Shown here: in pieces, positions 38,362-49,614 of the stretch
How the letters are laid out: each line of letters starts with the position of its first letter
Position numbering within the stretch: position 1 is the stretch's first letter
Origin: Camelus ferus
Taxonomy: Eukaryota
Length of the DNA stretch: 64,000 nt
Reading direction: 5' to 3'
Assembly: GCF_009834535.1 (NCBI RefSeq)
Contig: NC_045697.1
Coordinates: forward strand, 18,168,001-18,232,000
Program-made: the position numbers and the translations under genes
Notes under the pieces: generated by a model
The model's input: the letters and a program-made list of their open reading frames with translations, nothing else
Told to the model about the DNA's origin: nothing
The model's database searches: none

Positions 38362-38665
38362 CCTAGGTTCTTAATTCCCAGAAGTGAAATTTACTGGGTC
38401 AGAGATACATGAAACATGTAGGGTGTTTTAGACATTTTGCCAACTGCTTTCCAAATCTCCCAGCAGCGCTCATTTCACTGCATCCTCTCCAGCATGGTGT
38501 ATTATACTTAATTTTTTTTTTCTGATTTGATAGCTGAACCTTATATCTCACTGTTTTAACTTTCATATGTTAGGTCGCTAATGAGGCTGAACTCTTAATT
38601 TGTAATAAGCATTTTAGCCCCTTGTACGTCCTCTTCTGTGAATTGTTTGTTCCCATCCTTTGGGC
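38362..38665 (-). mobile_element. Old L1 fragment in intron 1
   Basis: attcccagaagtgaaatttactgggtcagag...ttgccaactgctttcca...tcttctgtgaattgtttgttc. Confidence 0.65.
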
Positions 38666-38854
38666 TACATTGTCTGATGTGTATCAGGACAAGAACTGCT
38701 TGTAGTGGACATTCAGGCATGTGAAGAGCCAGATTTCCTCTCCATGTAACCAAGGAAGGCTTTGTTGAAAAAATGGATTATAAGGAAGTCCCTATCAAAG
38801 GCTGGGAGGAATGTGGTCCTAACAAAGGGTTGTTAATCCAGGTACAATAGAATT

Positions 38855-39050
38855 GCTACTATTTATTTAATGCCTGCTTAGTTCCAGGCATTTTCTAGGC
38901 ATAACCATTAATCTCATAACCCTGCAAAACATGAGGAATTATCCCCATTTTATAGATGGGGAAACAATGCTTTATGCTCAGAGGGATTTGCCTAAACACA
39001 CACCCACTGATAAGTGGCACTTGTGGGATTTGAACCAGATCTCATGTGTC
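38855..39050 (-). mobile_element. MIR in intron 1
   Basis: tatttatttaatgcctgctt...atccccattttatagatggggaaac...gggatttgaaccag. Confidence 0.7.
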
Positions 39051-39147
39051 AGACTTCTCACAGGAGATCAGGTAGTAGGTAAGGCAGGTAGAATGTATAT
39101 GGGCATAAACATATATGTTAAGTCTGCAGGATGAGGTTTGGCACAGT

Positions 39148-39456
39148 TGACAGACATAGAAAACAAAGTTATGGTTACGGGGGTTGAGGGGAGGGGATGG
39201 GAAGGGAGTGGGAAGTGATAAATTGGGAGTTCGAGATTTGCAGATACTAACTACTGTATATAAAATAGAGAAACATGTTATACTGTATAGCCCAGAAAAC
39301 TATATTCAGTATCTTGTAGTAATCTATATTGGAAAACAATATGAAAAGGAATATATATGTGTATATGTATGACTGAAACATTATGCTGTACACCAGAAAT
39401 TGACACAACACTGTAAACTGACTATACTTCAATTAAAACAAAATTTTAAAAAAAGC
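39148..39456 (+). mobile_element. L1 3' end fragment in intron 1
   Basis: acagacatagaaaacaaagttatggttac...gtaaactgactatacttcaattaaaac. Confidence 0.88.
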
Positions 39457-39651
39457 AGATGGGGAGCCTATTTGAGGATGGTGAGAACCTGGCATATATA
39501 CTACGAGTTGATGAAGATAAATGGGTTTGCATTCCCTTTCCGATTAAAGGAGAGAATCAAGACAAAGACAGAAGTTAGAGCATTCAAAAGAGACTCATCT
39601 GATGTATAGATTTGAGGCTAGAATGGAAAAAACAGTAAGAAGTAGTTTGAT

Positions 39652-39804
39652 GGGGGAGGTTATAGCTCAGTGGTAGAGCGCATGCTTAGCATGCAGGTGG
39701 TCCTAGTTTCAATCCCCAGTACCTCCATTAAAAAAATAATAATAATAAACAAACAAACAAACAAACAAACCTAATGACTCCCCTAAAAGTAACTTAAAAA
39801 AAAA
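39652..39804 (+). mobile_element. tRNA-Ala-derived SINE (camelid Vic-1-like)
   Basis: A-box tagctcagtggtag and B-box-like gtttcaatcc, tRNA-Ala(AGC)-like body, (AAAC)n linker, aacctaatgactcccc, poly(A); imperfect TSD aagtagtttgat / aagtggtctgat. Confidence 0.88.
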
Positions 39805-40000
39805 AGTGGTCTGATTTAGTGACAGCCTGGGTGAGTGGTTGAGAGAGGCCTACAGAAATATGATGCTTCAGGGTCCACACTTAAGGAAGTATTAGAACTC
39901 CCTCGCACCTCTGTGACCACTGACTCTTCTTATCATGGAAACTGAGTGCTCCTCCTTTCAGTGGCCGCTTCTTTAAGCTCTGTTTTCCCATCCACAGACC

Positions 40001-40112
40001 ATGGCTCCTTGGCCTGAAGTGGAGAATGCCCAGCCTAACTCTGATAAATACATCGAAGGCACCGCTGGTCAGCAGTCCACCACGCTTGCAAAAGACAAGG
40101 AAACCAACAAAG
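40001..40112 (+). CDS. SLC34A2: SLC34A2 exon 2 coding part (exon starts 39998)
   Basis: Acceptor ttttcccatccacag|ACCATGG; MAPWPEVENAQPNSDKYIEG...KETNK; donor AG|gtaagt. Confidence 0.95.
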
Positions 40113-40214
40113 GTAAGTTTCAGCCCTCAGCCCTGGGCTGGCCCCCTGGGAGGACCTCGGGAGACTCGGGCCTGGCTCCTCATTCCTCATGGCCTTCACT
40201 GCTTGTTTGGGCAG

Positions 40215-40349
40215 ATGACACTGGGACCCCTGCAACCAAGATGGAACTTCTGCCATCCTATTCCACCGTGGCACTGATAGAGGAGCGCACAGAGGTGGAG
40301 GACCCCTGGGACCTGCCTGAGCTTAAGGACAAGGGGATCAAGTGGTCAG
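40215..40349 (+). CDS. SLC34A2: SLC34A2 exon 3
   Basis: gggcag|ATGAC; DDTGTPATKMELLPSYSTVALIEE...DPWDLPELKDKGIKWS; donor CAG|gtaaga. Confidence 0.92.
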
Positions 40350-41385
40350 GTAAGAATGAGGCCGGGGGGCAGGCCGGAGGCGTGGCCTGTTGACAAGGGG
40401 TTGAGGTCACTGTCTTCACCGTGTCACCTCCTTTGTGTCATCCTCTGCCCTCCATTGTCCAAGATAAGGGATACCACTCGTCAGTCTTGGAGGCTCATGA
40501 GTCAGGCATCCCGTGATGTCTGAGGGATCTTTTGTTCTTTCATTCATTCAACAAATGTGCCAGCACCGGGATTATAACCAAGCCAGATCCTGTGCTACTC
40601 CTTATAATCCATTTTGTGCTGGACCAGGTCTGAGGTACTGTGGGAGGTGTGGTGGATGCAGCAGTAAACAGATGAGGCCCCTTCTCAGAGAGTCCTGGAG
40701 ATGGGGGGCTCTCCCCAAATGAGGGCATCAGGAAAGACTTACTGGAAACAGACTATACAGACAGGACAACTGGGGTGCAAGCAAAGGCTGCCTTTCTTTT
40801 CCAGGCAGGGTCTGAGGTCTGTCTGCAGATCAGACAGCCAGCAGGGGGGAAGGGGGCTGGGAAGGGGGCAAGAACCTTCTGAAAAGCAAGTGGAGAAAAG
40901 AGCAGCGAGGATGTAGCATTGTAGGATGTCTGAGGGCCTCAGGCCCTCTCCAAGTGGTGGCTGTGATTGCTACCTTGCTCCCACTTTGTAGAAAACACTC
41001 TGTGCTGTTCTGAAGGTGCTTGGGAGACCCATTATCTCTGACCCCACACCTAGCAGGTGGTAAGTGCTCTTAACCGACTCATCAGTGACAGCCGTTCAGC
41101 TGGGCATGGCGCCTGGTTTGCCTTTGTATGCCCCAGAATCCACTGAACCCCTCCTCCCAGAGGCAAATCCTTTTAGAGACATGCACAGCAGGTGTCACTA
41201 AGTGGACTGCTGTGGTGACTGCTTTGAAAACTGCAACCATGGATGCATCCCATCTCTCAGACTTGCTGTACCTAAGAGCTTATGGCTTCCTGGTTGGGAT
41301 GAGAGGTGGCGGAGTTCTGAGCTCACTGTCAAACATCTCAGTGTTTCAGACACTAATAGCCTTTGTGCCTTTTCCCTTCCTCCAG

Positions 41386-41514
41386 AGAGAGACACCAAAG
41401 GGAAGATTTTCTGTGTCTTCCAAGGCATTGGGAAATTAATTATGCTCCTGGTATTTCTCTACTTCTTCGTGTGCTCCTTGGATGTTCTCAGCAGCGCCTT
41501 CCAGCTGGTTGGAG
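41386..41514 (+). CDS. SLC34A2: SLC34A2 exon 4
   Basis: ccttcctccag|AGAGA; ERDTKGKIFCVFQGIGKLIMLLVFLYFFVCSLDVLSSAFQLVG; donor GAG|gtatgg. Confidence 0.95.
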
Positions 41515-42955
41515 GTATGGATAAGAGAGATGAAAGGTCCGGGGTGGGAGAGGTGTTCTCATGGAATTTGGCTCAGAACGTCACAAGTCAGCAAGCTCTC
41601 TCCTGCTGCATCCTCCTGGAGTGTTTTAGGTTTCAGATCATCCTTCACAAGACAATGCCCCCATTTTACAGAAGAGAAAAACCAAGGCCTATAAAAGGTT
41701 TATGACTGGCTGGCTAAAGTGGCAGAAGCCAGGGTCAGGGCTAAAGCCAAGGCCAGACTATCAGCTCCTTGTGTTTGCTCATGAATCCGGGACAGGAAGT
41801 TGTTCGACTTAAAGACTTATCTGAGAGATCCCTACTGTCTTTAGTCCTCTCCACCCGAGGGGATTAGTAGATAAAAGTGTTCTCCCAGGCTAAAGCAACA
41901 ACCAAAAATCAAAGCTGGCCTTTCCAGGAGAAGGACAGAGGTCATATGGTGAGGGAATATGTTTAGGGAGTTGCCTAAACATCTCCCAGTTCTGAGTGTG
42001 GCTCAGAAGAGAAGTCACCATGTGCTCGGTCACCTGTGTATCCCCACTGGGCCACAGCAGTGACAGCCAAGAGCCAGCCTTCTGAATGCCTACTGGGTGT
42101 AGGCGTGGTCTGAGACATTCCTTCCCAGAGTCCCTCCCATGTACAGAGGAATGGGCTGAGGCTGAGGAGTTCCCTGCCCAGCAAGCACTAGGCTTCACAG
42201 CCTTGTAACTGGCACAGTGGGATTCCAACTCAGATCCAGTGACACAGAAGACCAGGGATTTCTGCAGTCATTGGTGCCTTTCTTGAGAACTCATCTTTGT
42301 GACCTGGGAGAACTAGGGGAGAATGAGGGGCAGACTGACCTGCTGGATGCCGCTTTTGGTCCCTCTGGTCCATAAGGGGCCTCACTCTCTCTCTCAGACA
42401 AGCAGTTCCACTCTCCACTCTTCAGTCTTCTTTTAAAAAATGAACTGGGGGATGGATTGATGGTCTCAGAGGCACACTCTCAAAAATGATGCTTCCAGCA
42501 TTCAGTACAGGCTGGAGCTAGGGGCTGGGGTTTAGGGAGGTAGATAGAGAAGAATGAGAAGATGTGCTTGGATTGAGCCATCTTCTGAATTGGGAATACA
42601 TCCCAGAGACTAGAATTAGGGCATCAGGAGATGCACTGGCACTCATCAAGCCAACCAAGTACTGAGCTGAGGCCAGGCTTGTGATCAGAGAGACTAGACA
42701 AGGGCTTGCTGATGGAAGTGGTTCAAGGATGGGAGGGTGCAGGGTGAAAGGACAAGAGGAATAAGGGTGTGTGGGGAACAGAAGCAGAGACATGGCATCA
42801 GAGCAGCACTGGGGAGAAGCCTGTGGAAGCCAGATGCCCTAGGTACCAGCGGGGCTGAGGCCGAGCTCCCCAACCCACAGCCAGCTGGCCTTGACTGGAG
42901 ACTTCCGTTAACCCAGCACCCACCTAACCCCCATGGCCATGGGTTTGTTTTTCAG

Positions 42956-43099
42956 GAAAGGTGGCTGGCCAATTCTTCAGCAACAACTCCATTATGACCA
43001 ACCCTGTGGCGGGGTTGATGATCGGGGTGCTGGTGACAGTCCTGGTGCAGAGCTCCAGCACCTCCACATCCATCATTGTCAGCATGGTGGCCTCGTCAT
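42956..43099 (+). CDS. SLC34A2: SLC34A2 exon 5 (first QSSS motif, 43048-43059)
   Basis: tttgtttttcag|[53 protein letters not shown]; donor CAT|gtaagt. Confidence 0.95.
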
Positions 43100-43324
43100 G
43101 TAAGTCCAGGCACCCCTGAGCCCAGACACACTTCAGGCACTTATCTGTTCATCTGGGGACACTGGGATTTACTCTGAATATGTCCAGGCTTGGACTATTG
43201 TCTTCCTATCTTGTCCAACTCTGTGTTCTGCTTAGATCCTAGGCAGCCTCCCATTTCCATTCCCATGCGGAGTCTGAAAAGTGGCCTGAAAGTTTGAAGA
43301 CTCAGTCAGTTCTGAATTCTCCAT

Positions 43325-43485
43325 AACTGCGTCACCCAGTCCAGCAGCCACTAGCTACATGAGGCTCTTTCATTTTATTTAACCGTGAATGCAGCTGCTC
43401 GGTTGCACTAGCTGTATTTCAAGGGCTCAGTAGCCACATGTAGCTGGAGGCTGCATCCTGGATTGTGCAAAGGTAGAACATTGCC
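43325..43485. mobile_element. MER3 (hAT-Charlie) in intron 5
   Basis: gcagccactagctacatgaggct...gttgcactagctgtatttcaagggctcagtagccacatgtagct. Confidence 0.7.
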
Positions 43486-43904
43486 ACCACTGCTCTTCAT
43501 GCCGAGAATAGAGACACAGAGTCACATCGCAATATTGACTTGGAGGCAACTGAGCCTGGGGAGCTGACATCCCAAACTCGAACTTGCTAGACATTCACTC
43601 TAAGTTGGGATAAGACCCTCTGAGGGGGACCAGTTTGAACTGGTGAACTTCCAGCCCAGACCAACATTTTAGCTAAAGTTAACTAGAACTTTTCTGCACC
43701 AAATTAGAAAAAGGTTCATTACTTTTCAAATATGTTACTTTCGTATGTTAGAATGTTGTGGCAATAAACTGATTTTGTTAGAAAAAAATTATACTTCTGG
43801 AAATTTGCCATCATAAATATATACAAGTCCTTAAACATGATTTCCTGGTCTGCTTTAAGCTAGCCTTGCATCTGTAATAGGGCAGACAGACAAATTTAGA
43901 AAGG

Positions 43905-44083
43905 AATTTTTAAACTGGGGTCCATAGAAGGGCTTCATGGAGCCTGTGAATTCCCTGAAATTAAGTGCTGGAATTTTTTTTTTTTTTTTTTGGATATATA
44001 TGTTTATTTCTTTGGTGAGCTGCCCTGTCTTTTATCAGATCCACACAGCAAGGTATAGACCCAAAAGAGTTTAAGAATTACTA
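43905..44083. mobile_element. MER103C-like fossil (opposite orientation to the 6453 copy)
   Basis: aaactggggtccatagaagggcttc...ccctgaaatt...ttttatcagat...gacccaaaagagtttaagaattact. Confidence 0.55.
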
Positions 44084-44189
44084 CTTCAGGGAGTTGCCAG
44101 CCTGAATGCCAGCTGGCCTTGGGCCACATCAGGAACATGGCCAGGCTGCCTTCCTAAATTTGCTAACTTAACTCTTTTCCACTCTCCAG

Positions 44190-44301
44190 TGCTGACTGTG
44201 AGGACTGCCATCCCCATTGTCATGGGGGCCAACATTGGGACCTCAATCACCAACACCATCGTGGCTCTCATGCAGGCAGGAGACCGGAATGAGTTCAGAA
44301 G
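44190..44301 (+). CDS. SLC34A2: SLC34A2 exon 6
   Basis: cttttccactctccag|[42 protein letters not shown]; donor AAG|gtagga. Confidence 0.95.
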
Positions 44302-45164
44302 GTAGGAGGCTCAGAATCAGCCTTGGTCACCTTCAGGCGGACCAGTGTTGACCTAACTAACCAATGACAGCATGTTTGTTATCCGTGGATCTCTTAGAAT
44401 GAGCCACAGTGGAGTACAGCTGGGGATTGGGGTCACTTCCTGGTTGATTACACTCAGCTCCCTGATCTGCAGGGCTGGGATGGTAGTGTCTGTCCTCACT
44501 GTGTTGTCTAAAGGTGTTAACACCATCATGCAGATAGATGCTCAGCAAGGTGCCTGGCACACAGTCAGGGCTCCCTAAACACAGTCCTTGCTGAAAGCCT
44601 GACCTGCTGTGTAGTGTAGTTAAAACAAGGCCACTTAGGATAAGATTTACTATCCTGCTTAGTCAGAAATACTTATAACTTCCTAAAGCTTCCATTTTTG
44701 GCCAGTTCAACCCACGCCACTTTTCCTTTGTTCTTCACTCACATGCCAATAAAAGGCAAAATGCATAAGATCTGAAAGTGGGGCGGGGTGCATATAGGCA
44801 ACGGAAACCCTTTTCTTCCAAAAGGTTAATGTGAAAATTAAGCACATTTTCCAGCCTCTATTCTAAGTGGTGATGGGCTTTTTCTAGACCTTGTTAAAAC
44901 AGAGAAGCAGTTCTCTGCTGGTCCACATGGCGTGCTCAACTGTGGCCTTGGACAGATGGCGTTAAACAGGCTGGCTGGGGGCTGGCAAACAGCATCCCTC
45001 GTCCATGGGTGAACTGGCAGATGTCCTCAGAGCCATTCATTTGCTCTCAGCCATAGCTAAGCTCATTTGGTCTCTGATGTGATGTTCTGAGGATCGAAAT
45101 AATAACGCATATTACCTGGGGTGTTTGCTAATTTGATTTTCTCAAAAAGCTGAGTAGACTTTTC

Positions 45165-45470
45165 TGTATTTATTTATGGTGGGGGAGATTAGGTTTTTAT
45201 TTATTTATTCATTTATTTTAAAAAATTTGAGGGGGAGATCATTAGTTCTATTTATTTTATTTATTATTAGTTTAGTTTTTTAAAAAATTTTTTTTAATTG
45301 AGGTAGTGGGAATTGAACCTAGGACCTCATGCATGCTAAGTGTGTGCTCTATCATTTGAGCTATACCCCCTGCCCTTATTTATTTATTTTTATTGGAGGT
45401 ACTGGGGATTGAAGCCAGGCTTTCATGTACGCTAAGCATGCACTCTGCCACTGAGCTATACCTTTCCCCG
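45165..45470 (-). mobile_element. Two nested tRNA-Ala-derived (Vic-1-like) SINEs in intron 6
   Basis: Order is tail, tail, head, head: ggggagattaggttt (45181), gggggagatcattagtt (45231), then heads at about 45298-45370 and 45395-45469. Confidence 0.85.
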
Positions 45471-46742
45471 TGCCCCATTTTATTAATGTAGAAATATAAA
45501 GAGGTTAAGTAACTTCACAGAGGGGCATAGCTGGGACTCAATCCAGGTTTTCTTGTTGGAGATTTTGGATTCTTTTCAATGTTAGACTAATTTTTGCCTC
45601 TGGGTGTATAAACATACGATCTATGAAAGAGCCCACACATTGGGAATATAATTGCCCGAGTTCACCCCCTGTTTGGGATATTTAAATAGACTACTTTCAG
45701 TATCATCTTTGGAGATGTGACCCATTCTTTCCTGGTTAATTCTGTCCTAGATAGATTCCTAGAACAATAATTACTGTATCAGACACCTATAAGGCTTGTT
45801 ACACATTTTGCTAAACTACTAAGAAATGTTTGTATCACTTTACATCAGCACCGAATGAAAATGTCCTAAAGCACCCTCTCCAGGAAGAATAAGTTAACTT
45901 TGTAAAATATCAGTTAATAGGGCAGGTGACAATTTGTACTTGCAGCTAAATAAATGGCAAATGCCTTTTATTCCTAGTGAGGTAAAGCATTTCCCCCTAC
46001 GTGTTTAACGGCTTCTGTCCTTTCACGTCCCATGTCCTGTTTGGTTTTCGATATTTTCTGACATGCAGATGTTTTTTAAAGGAGCATTCTTTGAGGGGAA
46101 AAAAATGTATCTTAATCTGGAGCTAGATAAGGTGGATTTCAGGGGGCCTCTGTGAGTCTTCTCAGATAGATGCAGAGTGTGATCTATATTAGCTTTGTTT
46201 CCTGTGAAGACTGTTCAAATGTTTGATTAAAGTCTCAAGCTCCTAAAGAATTCAATTGTGTAGAAGGCTTTGATGGTCACCTTCATACCGGCCCCCACCT
46301 TTCCGAAAGGAAGGTTGTCTTCAGAATGCACAATTCGAAAGCGGTCCTGATGAAGTTTTTTCAAATAGGGCTTGCTGAGCTAATTATTGCAGCCAGAACA
46401 CATCTAGTTCCCTTTTCTCCCAAGCAGAATGGACAGAGTTCTGTCTGATCTGGTGGAAAAGGCCGCTCTGCCAGGCAGTGAGAGATGAGGGTCCTGGGCC
46501 CAGCGCTCTTGCAGTGGTCTTCCATTCCTCTATGCCTGCTGGCCCTCAGTTTCCTCATCTGTCGGCTGGGGATATGACAGATTTGGGGACTGCTGTGAGA
46601 ACAAAACTAAGTGAGATTGCACACATGCAGGCAGATAGGTGACAACTGGCAGATGATACAAGTGATGACCTGCCTGGACGGATGCCCACGTGCTGCTTGA
46701 CTAAGCTGGTGGTCGGCTTGGGGTGGGGCTCCCGTCTTGCAG

Positions 46743-46938
46743 GGCCTTTGCTGGGGCCACAATCCATGACTTCTTCAACTGGCTCTCCGTACTGGTGCTC
46801 TTGCCTCTGGAGGCTGCCAGCTCTTACCTAGAGAGGCTGACCAACCTGGTGGTGGACTCCTTCCACTTCAAGAGCGGAGAGGATGCCCCGGAACTTCTGA
46901 AAGTGATCACAGATCCCTTCACGAAGCTCATCATCCAG
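46743..46938 (+). CDS. SLC34A2: SLC34A2 exon 7
   Basis: cgtcttgcag|[28 protein letters not shown]...DPFTKLIIQ; donor CAG|gtaacc. Confidence 0.95.
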
Positions 46939-47647
46939 GTAACCTGGCTTCCTTCAGAGAAGGAAAAACACTCACCCCTTTCCCTTCTCCCTGTCCTACT
47001 CAGCCGGGGAGAGATGGAAGAGATGGACAAGGGTCAGAACTTCAAGGACACCCGATCCAATAGAATAATTGGCTTCAACCTGTGTAACATCTTTATTGGG
47101 GTGGGGGTGGGAAGTGCTTCTGAGACTCCGGGAGTCTCCATGGACACTTGGGCACTTTGTCCCCACTACTGGCCTCAGTACCCGTGGGCTCACTGGCACA
47201 GTAGTTCTCCACTCCTCGCCAAAGAGGGAGAGGTTACTGCCTTTCCTTCCATCTCACCGCACTACTCACTAGGATATGTCCGTATTATTGAGATAAATGA
47301 AAGAAGGCTTTGTGGACGTTGCCTTGGGGAGAAGGGGCCAGCTTGGACCTTGCCCTTTCACTCTTACCTTCTGTTTTTTTCTGTCACTCAGTCATCCAGT
47401 AAGTATCTACCACCTGCTTCCTAGATACTGGTCCATTGTTCATACAATTATTCATTTATTAAGCCCCCGCTAACATCCAGGTGCTGTGCTCCACCCTGAG
47501 AGTGCAGATAGAGTGAGTCCCAACTCACCACTGCAGGGGCTCACAATCCGGTTCACATCCTCAGAGCCCCTCTTAACAGCTTAACGTGTCCGTCCCACCT
47601 CAGTCCTGAGGACGTGCTGACTCTCTTCTGTCAATTGCCTTCCTCAG

Positions 47648-47743
47648 CTGGATAAAGATGTTATCAACCAAATTGCGATGAATGATGAAACAGCTAAAAA
47701 CAAGAGTCTGATCAAGATTTGGTGCAAGACTTTTACCAACGTG
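47648..47743 (+). CDS. SLC34A2: SLC34A2 exon 8
   Basis: ccttcctcag|CTGGAT; LDKDVINQIAMNDETAKNKSLIKIWCKTFTNV; donor GTG|gtaagt. Confidence 0.95.
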
Positions 47744-48169
47744 GTAAGTTTCTAAGAGTATTGCTGGGTAGGTAAACTCCTGTGTCTATTCTTGATAAAG
47801 AAAAACCTTTCATTGAAACTGGGCAAATAAAAGGTAAGGGAAAAGAAAAACTGGGGACTCCTGAAAAATCAAAACTAGCCAGTGAGAATCCTTAAGTCCT
47901 TGAATGCTGGATGGACAGATGTTATGCAGTAGGACAGACAGACGCAGCCCACATCGTGAGCACATCGTTCCTGGCTTATTTTCATGTCTCTTGGCTTATC
48001 TCTGGTGCCTCCTTGTTTCCATTTATGGAGGGACCTAAGGAAACAGTGCATCATGCTTATAGATGCACAAATGGGTGTGCCTCCCCCCACACCCCCACAT
48101 TGCCCACCACTCCCCGCTGGAAGTGTGTGTTGAGGACTATACATAGCATTTCTCATGTTTGCCATCCAG

Positions 48170-48290
48170 ACTGAGAGGAATGTCACTGTCCCCTCACCTG
48201 AGAACTGCACCTCCCCTTCCCTCTGTTGGACGGATGGTTTGTACACCTGGACCATCAAGAATGTGACCTACCAGGAGAACATCGCCAAGT
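48170..48290 (+). CDS. SLC34A2: SLC34A2 exon 9 (large extracellular loop)
   Basis: gccatccag|ACTGAG; TERNVTVPSPENCTSPSLCWTDGLYTWTIKNVTYQENIAK; donor AGT|gtgagt. Confidence 0.95.
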
Positions 48291-49446
48291 GTGAGTGAGA
48301 CTCACAGAGCATCAGCCCCCGGGAAGGGCTGTCTGGGGTGATGACGGTTATTTCTTATCCATGTGGAGCCCCAGTAAGTGAAGGAAATAAGGGCAGTAAG
48401 ACTCACTGAGCATGATTCTATACCAGCCAGTGAGTTGTGTATTTTCACAGCAGGGGAAACTAAGGCTTAGGGACAGGGGACAGGCCTAAGGTCCTGCTGT
48501 GAGGGGCAGAACTAGGACTTGAAGCTCAGTTCCCCAGCAATGTCAGAAGGATTCAGAACTCTTCGACAGATTCCAGAGTTCTCCCTCCATGGGCTTTGGC
48601 ATCTCTTTGGCAGTAACTCCAGGGAGATGACAGCCAGATTTGAAGGAGATGTGGGGCACACACAGAACAGTTCCATTCACCTTTGAGTCATGAGTCCCTA
48701 CTGTACAGCCAGCTCTGTCCAAGGCACTAGCGCTACAGCACTAAACCAAGCAGTGGGCCTACATGATGCTCCAGTAATTTTATAAGCTATATTGTTGCCC
48801 CTGGAATTTTTTATGGGCCAGACATTAGTTCTTCTAATTATTCCTTACATGCTCATTTGCATATCTCTGCTTCTCCTTTTCTCCATGCACACCCCCTCCT
48901 CAGAATTAATCCTGAGCCATATCCAGTTGGGGTTTATCTCACAGAATCAAGTGAACTTATCACCTCCCATGTTCTAAGAGCTATACATCCATTGATACAA
49001 CCATGTTTTTCTGGAATTATTATAGGAACACACAGGGTTTTGTTTTGTTTTGTTTTAAAGGAGTTTTTCAATTAGCAATAGCTCCCACTTGCCCATCCTA
49101 CCTCACCTTGCTCTTCAAACACTTTGTTGTAGGTATCTTCAGTAGCATGAGTAAAACACAGGATGGGATGTAGAGGTAGAAGGATGGGGCGGGAGGCCTG
49201 GGTTTGCCCCTGGATTTTATTTCATCTTCATGATGATGAGATTCATTGGCCAGAACAAAGCCTCAGGGCTATACTTTGCTGCAAAGGAAGCTGGGATGTG
49301 TGGTCTCTACTCTGGGCTGTCATGCGTCAAGCTGACAACCAAGATTCTGTTCCTATGAGACAGAAAGATGTTGGGGAATAAATAACGATCTGTGGCTGTC
49401 AGGGGCTCCATGCCCTCCTAAGCAGGGCTTTCCATGTTGTCTTCAG

Positions 49447-49614
49447 GCAAGCACATCTTCGTGAATTTCAGCCTTCCAGATGTTGCCGTGGGCGTCATCC
49501 TGCTGGTAGTGTCCCTGCTAGTCCTCTGCAGCTGCCTGATCCTAATTGTCAAGCTCCTGGGCTCCGTGCTCAGGGGACAGGTAGCTGTTATCATCAAGAA
49601 GACCATCAACACAG
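49447..49614 (+). CDS. SLC34A2: SLC34A2 exon 10
   Basis: tgtcttcag|[61 protein letters not shown]; donor CAG|gtgagc. Confidence 0.95.

Noticed and set aside
39652..39726. tRNA-Ala(AGC) gene
   Set aside because: The acceptor and T stems are degenerate, and the body is followed by an A-rich linker, a family-specific tail, poly(A) and a TSD. Three similar dispersed copies exist in the window, so it is a SINE.
46939..47424. Extension of exon 7 as a 233-aa ORF
   Set aside because: Similarity to NaPi-II ends at the consensus donor at 46938; the remainder is intron read-through ending in a premature stop.
49578..49586. Internal donor CAG|GTAGCT as the end of exon 10
   Set aside because: Using it would shift the frame relative to exon 11; the donor at 49614 keeps the phase and the KKTINT motif.
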